Part shown: positions 12,446 through 21,084 of the stretch, one piece after another
Position numbering within the stretch: position 1 is the first letter of the stretch
Layout: every line of letters starts with the position of its first letter
Assembly: GCA_965637545.1 (NCBI GenBank)
Contig: OZ281497.1
Span: 21,018,001 to 21,082,000, forward strand
Reading direction: 5' to 3'
Source: Phallusia mammillata
Lineage: Eukaryota
DNA length: 64,000 nt
The notes under the pieces: model-generated
Database searches by the model: none
The model's input: only the letters and a program-made list of their open reading frames with translations
What the model was told of the DNA's origin: nothing
Position numbers and translations under genes: made by a program

Positions 12446-13148
12446 TGTAAGATTTCTTGCCTCTAGCGGCGCAAACTGTTATGTACGGGTGCCAGGGAGA
12501 TCGTCCTGGCATTGCTATTGTCACAACAATGACTTTGTGACGTAAAATCCATTGTGGTGCGAGACCGCATGGTTATTAGTTTATTAGTGTCTGTGATGTG
12601 CTGAACGCGTGAAAGTGAGTTGTGATAGCTAAGTAACGTATTTCTGATTCTGTTTGAAACAGAAAGTATATTGTAAATGTGCAAAAGTTGTACCTAAGTG
12701 AACTGAACCTGTGAACTTTGCGCTGAGCATTGGATTATTGTGACCCGATTAATTTACTGTGGGCAAGATTCGGCCTGCATCGATCTGTGCGACGAAGTGA
12801 CTCGGTTGCATTGCTGTACGCCGGTATGTTTTAATGTAGTGGCCTGTATCTTGGTGTGTTTTTATGTGTTTTACTGATTACGACTTACGATATTTACAGT
12901 GTGAAAACCGTAATCTGTGATTTCCAACTGGGAAGTCTTATGCCTGGACCGATCAAAGTTTGGTACGTTATTTTGTTTCTCTCCTGTAAATGCGTTTTGT
13001 CGTTGTTCCTCGTTCTGACTTTTACTAGTGTTGTTATGTTTGCAGAAAACCGCGTTTATTGCGCGCGTCATTCATCTTGGTCGAAATAAAATTCTGTTGC
13101 TCGCACTGGTAGCTTGTCCAGGCGCTGCACTGAAGGTGCGACGCTACA
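12446..13148 (+). repeat. BEL-1 5' LTR
   Basis: Matches 19372-20074 (offset 6926) with no difference seen by eye; AATAAA near 13085. Confidence 0.96.
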
Positions 13149-13183
13149 TCGTTTTCAAACTGATCAACGTGTCTTAACCAACA

Positions 13184-13495
13184 ATGGATCCGGATGATGA
13201 AGTTATTGTTGCCGCTCACAGAAGTCTCATGGCTAAATATGTCAGAGCTGAAAGTCTGTTACTTAAACCTACCGACGCGCCTGTCGTTGAACAATTCCTT
13301 CCCGAAGTCGAAAAGGACTTTCAAAGAGTAATGTCACTGTGCGAAACAATGTCCGACGGGGACATTGTCCCAGGTAGCCGCACAAGAAAGATAGATTATA
13401 TTCGGATAAGATCGAGTTCGACGAGCGTATGGAACAATGGCTGTGTGATGTGCGGCAAAAAACTCCAGTTTCCAATGCATCTCTACCGCCATTAG
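13184..13495 (+). CDS. Short upstream ORF, likely the frameshifted N-terminus of BEL-1 Gag
   Basis: ATG 35 nt after the LTR; overlaps the main ORF frame, which is open from 13378 (HKKDRLYSDKIEFDERMEQWL). Confidence 0.55.
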   Translation: MDPDDEVIVAAHRSLMAKYVRAESLLLKPTDAPVVEQFLPEVEKDFQRVMSLCETMSDGDIVPGSRTRKIDYIRIRSSSTSVWNNGCVMCGKKLQFPMHLYRH

Positions 13496-16400
13496 TGGAC
13501 AGTCCCTTTATCGTAGACGATCAAAAGAGTATAGGCTCTACGACCAGCTCCATGCGTAGCTTGAGGTTGAAAGAAAGTCAAGTTAAACTTCGGATTGCCC
13601 AAGTGACCCGGCGACAGGACGAGGAACGCAAGCAAGAGGAGGCGGCTAGAAGGAAATTAAAACAGGAACTGGCGGACCGCGAGGCAAAAGCAAAGCAAGA
13701 TTTGGCCGACCGCGAGGCAAAAGCAAAGCAAGATTTGGCCGACCGCGAGGCAAAAGCAAAGCAAGATTTGGCCGAGTTTGCGGACCGCGAGGCAGAACTT
13801 GAGCGAGAGTTAGCAGACCGAGAGTCGCAACGAAAGTTGGAACTTGCTGAAACTGAAGCTAGAGCTTGGGAGGATGCGTCTGTAGCTGAATCCATTTGTG
13901 GTAAGCAACATCCTGGATTTTCTGGCTCGACAACAGTGCCTTTGCCGAGTAGCCCACTGGACAGCCCTGTGCATACCTACATTGACTACAAAGCGCAACC
14001 GACAGCACTTTGTAAGAATTATGCGCAAGACCAGCGATATACCGAACGCGACACTTTCGTCCAGAAATACGTTAAAGAAGAAGCAATTCCGCCTTATCAA
14101 TGCCGCGCACATGAGCCGACACAACTTAAATTTGATTCCTATCAGGCGCCCCCCAAACCACTCGAAACTCGAGCGCCCCGTGCTAGCCACAACCGATACC
14201 TGGAGGTTGGTGAACGTTTTCTCCCGAAACCGATTGTAGAAAAGTTTAAAGGTGACCCCATGGACTATTGGAGCTTTATCAACCGTTACCAACTGCATAT
14301 TACGGATAAGGTTGAATCGTTCGACCTGAAGCTAATTTATTTGTTGCAACATTGCGAAGAGCGTGTATACGAACATATGAAGCATCATTCTGCGTGTGAA
14401 AGCCCTCGAGAGGGTTACGAAATGGCCCGACGCGAATTATACGACAGGTACGGGCAGCCCCATATAATAGCTCGGCGCTGCGAGAATTTGCTACAGGATG
14501 TCCCGAGACTAACTTCAAATGACCCAGTCGGTCTCGAGAAACTGGCCGTACTGCTCCGAAATTGCTGTGCTTCCCTGGAAAAAATGGTTGGTACGTCCAT
14601 TGTAGACTCGGTGGGATTCATTTCCTCGATTGCTTACAAACTGCCACTTAAGATGCGGGAAAAATGGGTCTCTGAATCGTTGCGTGTTCAGGATAGAACA
14701 AATAATGTGGCGAGATTTGCTGACTTCGCAAAGTTTGTCATAGAGCAAAGCCGAGAAGCTAATTCGGTTTTTGGAAAGTGCTTGTTTTCTTCTCCTGTGG
14801 AAAAGGCTGACACGGCTGCACCCAGAAGACAGAAAGTATTTGCGTATAACGTAAACGTATCAGCTCCGGAGAGTGCCGCCGCAGCTGATTTCTCACGTCT
14901 GTGCACACTTTGCAAAAGGCCTCATCGAATCGACGAGTGTACACAATTTAAACGTAAATCGTACGAGGAGCGAAGAAAGTTTGCAAGAATCAAAGGGCTG
15001 TGTTACAAATGTTTGTCTCCTGGGCATTCGGTACGCGATTGTAAAGCTGAGACTAACTGCGACGAGGAAGGTTGCGACAGTGCCTATCATCACACTTTAC
15101 TTCACAACCCGAAGTGGATAAGCAAACCCACAGATTCCGAGGAAGAGAGAAACGGCAATGTGGGCGAATTTCACAATGACTGCATGAATTCCGTCATCAA
15201 CAGAGAAAATGGTTTGGCACGGAGACCGTCCGCTTACCTGGATATACTTCCTGTTCAAGTACGATGTGGACACAAGCTGGTGAATACATACGCCTTGATT
15301 GACTCAGGTTCTAATATGACATTTTGCGAACGTCAGTTGGCAGAGAAATTGGGTGCTAAAACAACTGCGAATGGCGTGCACTTTAAGCTAAACACATTAA
15401 CCACGGATCAGCCTGTAGCCGTTGATACTACTTCTGTGTCACTATTTATTTCACCGCTAAAGGGGGGACAAGAGCTGAAACTCCCTGATGTTGTATTGGT
15501 TGATAGGATCCCCGCCAACCCTAGCCGGGTACCAGAAGCTAAAAGGCTGGAAAAGTACGAATATTTGCGCGGTGTCGACTTGCCACAAATAGAGGGTGGC
15601 GCTGTAACATTGCTGATTGGGAACGATAATGCGATCGCACACAGGTGCCTGGAGAGCCGCTTTGCGCCCAATCCACGCGAAACCCCAGATGCGGTTAGGA
15701 CGCCACTGGGATGGCTATTGAAGGGCCCTTCTCTGGAGACACAAGCGTATGTGGAGGAAGAATCCAGCTTCTACTTGACGGCGTTTTCCTCAGATGTTGA
15801 AGCTGACTGTTTAGGAAACGTACTTATTAACGATGAAGGAAGCTCGTTCCCATCGCTAGAAGACGATATCGGCGATGTTGAATCTCTGATGCAATGGCTG
15901 CGCAGTCACGAGGAGGTTTCTAATTTTGGGATGAAATACTCGAGGGAGGATGTAGTCGCCTACGATATGATGACGCGACTGGTAGAACGCGTCAACGGGC
16001 ATTATCAGCTGCCACTTCCGTGGAAGAATGACAGTGAGGTTCTCCCAGACAGCTTGCCAATGGCCAGTGGGCGCTTGGAAGGCCTAAAGAAGCGCCTGTT
16101 GCGGAATTCTGCGATGCGCGATAAGTACATCGAGAATATGGCCACCCTGTTAGAAAAGGGTTATGCAGAACGAATTCCTGAAGACCAAGTTGGTACGAAG
16201 AATAGAGTATGGTACCTCCCACACCACCCAGTCGTCAACCCAAAGAAACCTGAAAAGGTCAGAATCGTTTTCGACTGTGCCGCGAAGTGCTCGGGTCAAT
16301 CAATTAACGACAAGCTAATGAAGGGACCCGACTTGGTAAACAACCTTGTTGGCGTTTTGGCGAGGTTCCGAAAGGATCGTGTTGCAGTTGTCGCGGACAT

Positions 16401-19245
16401 AGAGGCCATGTTCCACCAGGTGTCGGTCGCTCCCCGTGATCGCGACGCTTTAAGGTTCTTATGGTGGCCAGGAGGAGACATGTCAAAGGTGGCTACTCCG
16501 CACAGGATGAATGTACATTTGTTCGGTGCCCGCTCTTCCCCCAGCTGCGCTACGTTTTGTTTACGTGAAACTGCAAGGGAGCACGGAAAGTTCTTCGACC
16601 CCAGAGTTCCTGATGCTGTGAGATACAACTTCTATGTCGACGATTGCCTCGCGACAGCCCCTTGCGACTCAAGCGCCGTTAAGTTAGTGAAAGACTTAAA
16701 AGGCTTGCTCGCCTTGGGTGGATTCAAATTGACGAAGTGGGTTTCCACCAGCGACGCAGTCATGGAATCCGTTCCAGTCCAAGAAAGAGGCAAGGCATGC
16801 CAAAACGTTTCTTTAGGGGATTGCGTGCAGCAACGTGTGTTGGGAATAAACTGGGACGTGAATGAAGATGAGTTTCAATTTAGCGTCGACCTGCCCGCTA
16901 AACCGCTGACCCGACGAGGTATGCTCTCGGTAACTAATTCCCTTTTTGACCCCCTGGGATTCGTGGCACCTGTCGTTCTGGAGGCCCGATTGATGTACCG
17001 CAATCTGTGCCAGAAGAAGTTGGACTGGGACGAGGAAGTTGGTGGAGCTGACTTGACAAAATGGAGAAAATGGTGCGGCAGCTTGGAACGTTTGCGCGCT
17101 GTCCGGATTCCCCGATGTTTTAGGCCTAAAACAACGAACGAGATAACAGGCCAACAATTGCATTTCTTTGCTGATGCCTCTACAGTTGCAAGAGGATGTG
17201 TGTGCTACCTACGGACAACGATGGAAGACGGCAGTGCACACTGCAGTTTTGTAATGGGAAGGTCGCTCTTGTCAGGTTCTGGAAAGCACACGATCCCTCG
17301 TTTGGAGTTGGAGGCGGCGCTGGATGCTGTCAAGCTTTCCAGGACAGTCAAGAAGGAGCTGTGTATGGAAAACTGCCCTTGTGTTTTTTGGAGTGATTCT
17401 ACTATTGTTCTTCACAGTCTCTTTGCAGACAGCAAAAACTTTCCGGTATTTTCTCGAAACAGGCTTTCGCAGATTGAGAAATTTACGTGCGTACATGATT
17501 GGAGACACGTCCCTACCGCTTCGAACCCAGCAGACCAAGCCTCACGCGGCATGGCGACCGACGCCTTCGTTGGGTCGAAATTATGGCAAAACGGGCCAGA
17601 CTTCCTGCGATTTCCCCCGGATCAGTGGCCCAAGGGATTTGCTAAACCCGAAGTACCGGGGGGAATCTACAGCAGCTTTGATTTAAAAGAAGCAACTAAC
17701 GTGTTTCTTTCAATCAGCGACTGCTCACCGACCGATAAGCTGATCAACCACTTTTCGTCGCTCTACCGTCTTAAAATCGCCACTGGATGGCTCTTGCGCG
17801 TCCGAGGATATCTTCACAAAAAGACTAAAGGGGAAACCGCTACGCTTTCTCGCTCGCCAATCACCGTAATTGAGCTACAGGACGCTGAAAAGGCACTCGT
17901 ACAATACAACCAGCGGCAAGAATTCCCAAATTGGACTAAAGACCTTCCCTCGCACCAAAATAAGACGTCTCAGATCTACAAGCTAAATCCCATCATGGTA
18001 GACGGCGTGTTGCGAGTAGGAGGAAGACTGGAAAACTGTTGCCTGGATTACGAGGCTAAACATCCCGCCATTATCCCACACCAATCTCACCTTACCGATC
18101 TGCTAATTGAACACTACCACAGCAAGAAAGCGGGACACTCAGGTGTCAACCATACAATGAACCTGTTATGTCAGCGCTACTGGGTTGTTAACGCGCGAGT
18201 TGCAATCCGTCGTGCCTTGCGAAAATGTCAACTTTGCCGACGACGTGATGCCAACCCAGGATCGCAGCAAATGGCCGATCTGCCGTCGGCCAGACTACAA
18301 TTAAATGAGGCCCCTTTCACCCACACTGGGGTGGACTACTTTGGACCTTTCACAATTAAGATACGCCGAAGTGAAGTGAAACGCTATGGGTGCCTTTTTA
18401 CGTGTATGACCAGTCGCGCCATCCACCTGGAAGTTTCCCCCGACCTTTCGACAGATGCTTTCATTAACGCTATGCGACGCTTCATTGCACGTCGCGGACC
18501 AATCAAGCACATGTATTCAGATAACGGGACAAACTTTGTCGGAGCGGAACGAGTTCTCCGAGAGTCCGTCGATGAATGGAACCAACAGCAAATACACAAC
18601 TACTTAAGACAAAAGGCGGTAACTTGGCACTTTAATCCTCCTAGTGCCAGTCATTTTGGAGGTGCTTGGGAAAGGATGGTCAGATCTGTCCGCCGCATAT
18701 TGATGACGCTGCTTCCAGACAAACCACTCGACGACGATTTGCTACACACTTTATTCCTTGAGGTTGAAGATATTGTGAACTCGAGGCCCCTGACTCAAGT
18801 TCAATTAGAAGTAGGAGAGGAATTACCACTTACTCCTAACCATTTGCTGAAGCTAAAGCCAACGGTCGGTTTGCCGCCAGTGAATACTTCGAAGACCGAC
18901 TGCTACGCGAGACGCCGGTTTCGTGCTGTTCAGTACCTTGCTGACGAGTTCTGGCGTCGTTGGATGCAAGAATACCCTCGGACGGTCATCGCCAGACAGA
19001 AGTGGCATGAACGTAAGAAGAATTTTGCCGTTAACGACATTGTGCTGTTGGTAGACGATTCGACCCCGAGGGGGCGCTGGCCTATGGGCCGAGTTCTTAA
19101 CATATTCCACGACAAAAACGGAATTGTCCGAAGCGTTGAAGTAAAGACTTCCAGCGGAGTTCTGAAGAGACCTGTTGCAAAGCTGTGCGTTATCGTTCCT
19201 GCCGAGACTGGGGGCGACGAAGAAGAAACAGAGCCAAGGATGTAG
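13429..19245 (+). CDS. BEL/Pao Gag-PR-RT-RNaseH-IN polyprotein
   Basis: Zn knuckles CTLCKRPHRIDEC, CYKCLSPGHSVRDC and the BEL-type CDEEGCDSAYHHTLLH; protease ALIDSGS; RT YLPHHPV..RIVFDCAA, DIEAMFHQV, YVDD; RNase H FADAS, PRLELEAA; integrase HHCC, VDYFGP, SDNGTNF, GGAWERMVRS. Confidence 0.97.
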   Translation: MEQWLCDVRQKTPVSNASLPPLVDSPFIVDDQKSIGSTTSSMRSLRLKESQVKLRIAQVTRRQDEERKQEEAARRKLKQELADREAKAKQDLADREAKAKQDLADREAKAKQDLAEFADREAELERELADRESQRKLELAETEARAWEDASVAESICGKQHPGFSGSTTVPLPSSPLDSPVHTYIDYKAQPTALCKNYAQDQRYTERDTFVQKYVKEEAIPPYQCRAHEPTQLKFDSYQAPPKPLETRAPRASHNRYLEVGERFLPKPIVEKFKGDPMDYWSFINRYQLHITDKVESFDLKLIYLLQHCEERVYEHMKHHSACESPREGYEMARRELYDRYGQPHIIARRCENLLQDVPRLTSNDPVGLEKLAVLLRNCCASLEKMVGTSIVDSVGFISSIAYKLPLKMREKWVSESLRVQDRTNNVARFADFAKFVIEQSREANSVFGKCLFSSPVEKADTAAPRRQKVFAYNVNVSAPESAAAADFSRLCTLCKRPHRIDECTQFKRKSYEERRKFARIKGLCYKCLSPGHSVRDCKAETNCDEEGCDSAYHHTLLHNPKWISKPTDSEEERNGNVGEFHNDCMNSVINRENGLARRPSAYLDILPVQVRCGHKLVNTYALIDSGSNMTFCERQLAEKLGAKTTANGVHFKLNTLTTDQPVAVDTTSVSLFISPLKGGQELKLPDVVLVDRIPANPSRVPEAKRLEKYEYLRGVDLPQIEGGAVTLLIGNDNAIAHRCLESRFAPNPRETPDAVRTPLGWLLKGPSLETQAYVEEESSFYLTAFSSDVEADCLGNVLINDEGSSFPSLEDDIGDVESLMQWLRSHEEVSNFGMKYSREDVVAYDMMTRLVERVNGHYQLPLPWKNDSEVLPDSLPMASGRLEGLKKRLLRNSAMRDKYIENMATLLEKGYAERIPEDQVGTKNRVWYLPHHPVVNPKKPEKVRIVFDCAAKCSGQSINDKLMKGPDLVNNLVGVLARFRKDRVAVVADIEAMFHQVSVAPRDRDALRFLWWPGGDMSKVATPHRMNVHLFGARSSPSCATFCLRETAREHGKFFDPRVPDAVRYNFYVDDCLATAPCDSSAVKLVKDLKGLLALGGFKLTKWVSTSDAVMESVPVQERGKACQNVSLGDCVQQRVLGINWDVNEDEFQFSVDLPAKPLTRRGMLSVTNSLFDPLGFVAPVVLEARLMYRNLCQKKLDWDEEVGGADLTKWRKWCGSLERLRAVRIPRCFRPKTTNEITGQQLHFFADASTVARGCVCYLRTTMEDGSAHCSFVMGRSLLSGSGKHTIPRLELEAALDAVKLSRTVKKELCMENCPCVFWSDSTIVLHSLFADSKNFPVFSRNRLSQIEKFTCVHDWRHVPTASNPADQASRGMATDAFVGSKLWQNGPDFLRFPPDQWPKGFAKPEVPGGIYSSFDLKEATNVFLSISDCSPTDKLINHFSSLYRLKIATGWLLRVRGYLHKKTKGETATLSRSPITVIELQDAEKALVQYNQRQEFPNWTKDLPSHQNKTSQIYKLNPIMVDGVLRVGGRLENCCLDYEAKHPAIIPHQSHLTDLLIEHYHSKKAGHSGVNHTMNLLCQRYWVVNARVAIRRALRKCQLCRRRDANPGSQQMADLPSARLQLNEAPFTHTGVDYFGPFTIKIRRSEVKRYGCLFTCMTSRAIHLEVSPDLSTDAFINAMRRFIARRGPIKHMYSDNGTNFVGAERVLRESVDEWNQQQIHNYLRQKAVTWHFNPPSASHFGGAWERMVRSVRRILMTLLPDKPLDDDLLHTLFLEVEDIVNSRPLTQVQLEVGEELPLTPNHLLKLKPTVGLPPVNTSKTDCYARRRFRAVQYLADEFWRRWMQEYPRTVIARQKWHERKKNFAVNDIVLLVDDSTPRGRWPMGRVLNIFHDKNGIVRSVEVKTSSGVLKRPVAKLCVIVPAETGGDEEETEPRM
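13669..13770 (+). repeat. 33-bp coding tandem repeat (LADREAKAKQD)x3 in the Gag coiled-coil region
   Basis: Read directly in DNA and protein. Confidence 0.9.
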
Positions 19246-19371
19246 AAAATTTGGACTGTCATGAACGTTTATTTCGAGCGCGTCGGAGCTTAATGAGGCG
19301 CAAATCTTTTAATTGTTGTAAAAAATTGTAAACGCATTAACTGTAGCGTTTCCCATTTTGGTGGGGGAGGA

Positions 19372-20074
19372 TGTAAGATTTCTTGCCTCTAGCGGCGCAA
19401 ACTGTTATGTACGGGTGCCAGGGAGATCGTCCTGGCATTGCTATTGTCACAACAATGACTTTGTGACGTAAAATCCATTGTGGTGCGAGACCGCATGGTT
19501 ATTAGTTTATTAGTGTCTGTGATGTGCTGAACGCGTGAAAGTGAGTTGTGATAGCTAAGTAACGTATTTCTGATTCTGTTTGAAACAGAAAGTATATTGT
19601 AAATGTGCAAAAGTTGTACCTAAGTGAACTGAACCTGTGAACTTTGCGCTGAGCATTGGATTATTGTGACCCGATTAATTTACTGTGGGCAAGATTCGGC
19701 CTGCATCGATCTGTGCGACGAAGTGACTCGGTTGCATTGCTGTACGCCGGTATGTTTTAATGTAGTGGCCTGTATCTTGGTGTGTTTTTATGTGTTTTAC
19801 TGATTACGACTTACGATATTTACAGTGTGAAAACCGTAATCTGTGATTTCCAACTGGGAAGTCTTATGCCTGGACCGATCAAAGTTTGGTACGTTATTTT
19901 GTTTCTCTCCTGTAAATGCGTTTTGTCGTTGTTCCTCGTTCTGACTTTTACTAGTGTTGTTATGTTTGCAGAAAACCGCGTTTATTGCGCGCGTCATTCA
20001 TCTTGGTCGAAATAAAATTCTGTTGCTCGCACTGGTAGCTTGTCCAGGCGCTGCACTGAAGGTGCGACGCTACA
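19372..20074 (+). repeat. BEL-1 3' LTR
   Basis: Preceded by the PPT, followed by TSD CTGTT. Confidence 0.96.
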
Positions 20075-20247
20075 CTGTTAATGAACCACCAGACGCTAGT
20101 GCAAGGCTTTGAAAGGTTTGACAAACAAAAACACGGACAAATATCATGGTGAAAAACCTAAATTACCAAGATCCATTTTTTAACATGAACAAAGTTTTTG
20201 CTCTATAAAGTCGTACCAATGTTCGGACTTGTGATGAATACATTTAT

Positions 20248-20505
20248 ACTGGGATCAGTCCTGAAGCGTCTATGCAGACCAGTGCGTCGATGCAGAATCA
20301 GGGCATACTTATTGCAATCATAGTACGCCAGGCCTAATAAAGGTGTGATACCGAATCAAGCCGGTCGCGCAGTCATTCAAGGCACAGACTAGAAAAATTG
20401 CCCACCGCAGGCTAGATTTTTTTTAAAGTCTGTGCTATACCATATCGTAATGCTCACGAGACCGGTTCGATTGGATCACACCTTTTAAGGCCTGGCGTAC
20501 TATGA
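20248..20505. repeat. SINE-like repeat with an inverted duplication (fold-back, 20318-20505)
   Basis: Shares ACTGGGATCAG..AAGCGTC, CCCACCGCAGGCTAGATTTT and GGCCTGGCGTACT with 30799-30957; arms TCATAGTACGCCAGGCCT / AGGCCTGGCGTACTATGA, plus further paired blocks inward. Confidence 0.65.
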
Positions 20506-21084
20506 ATCTTCGGATTTGCTTTAATACACTTAAGCGTACATTTGCCGCTTGTCGCACAACAACACCTTTCTCCTAACATACAATCAAACCTCGAGGCAGT
20601 ATGGCAAGGTTCCAAAGGTCATGTGATCCAGGTATATCAGATACGAAATTGTTTTGTTTGCCATTAGTAATAGCGGAAAGCATTACGTTGTTTGCACACT
20701 GCTGGCTAAACGTCGGTATTTTTCCCTGCGATCAGGTGACACCACCCCGTGACCTGGTACGATGTCCTGCATAAAAAGGTCTTCTTCAGAAATGATGGCC
20801 TTCATTGCCGCAACTTATTTGGTATGTCGTTCGTCAACACCAGCCAACAAATCCTATACAAGGGTTTTAAATCTGATTTGTTTGGCTGGGTTTAATGTTG
20901 TTTTCAAATACGGACATTTTAATTGGATTTCTTAAGTAGAGGACACTGAGAGTTTATTGGAAACATATTGTTAAAGCCTTAATTTAGATATAAGTGAATT
21001 AAAATCAATGCAAATTTCACTTGACTGTGAATTAAAACAGTATGTAATTACATAGGATCAAATAATTAAGGCAATAAAATAAAT

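Larger units (their letters stand above)
12446..20074 (+). mobile_element. Full-length BEL/Pao LTR retrotransposon (BEL-1), 7629 bp
   Basis: 703-bp LTRs with TG...CA ends, 5-bp TSD CTGTT (12441-12445, 20075-20079), PPT GGTGGGGGAGGA at 19360-19371, single gag-pol ORF. Confidence 0.97.

Noticed and set aside
12463-13089. ORFs of 66-77 aa inside the BEL-1 LTRs (and similar ones in the BEL-2 LTRs)
   Set aside because: They appear twice only because the LTRs are duplicated, run through intron-like sequence and show no protein features.
13578-19262. Numerous antisense and alternate-frame ORFs within both BEL polyprotein genes
   Set aside because: Expected shadows of long, GC-richer coding sequence; no independent motifs.
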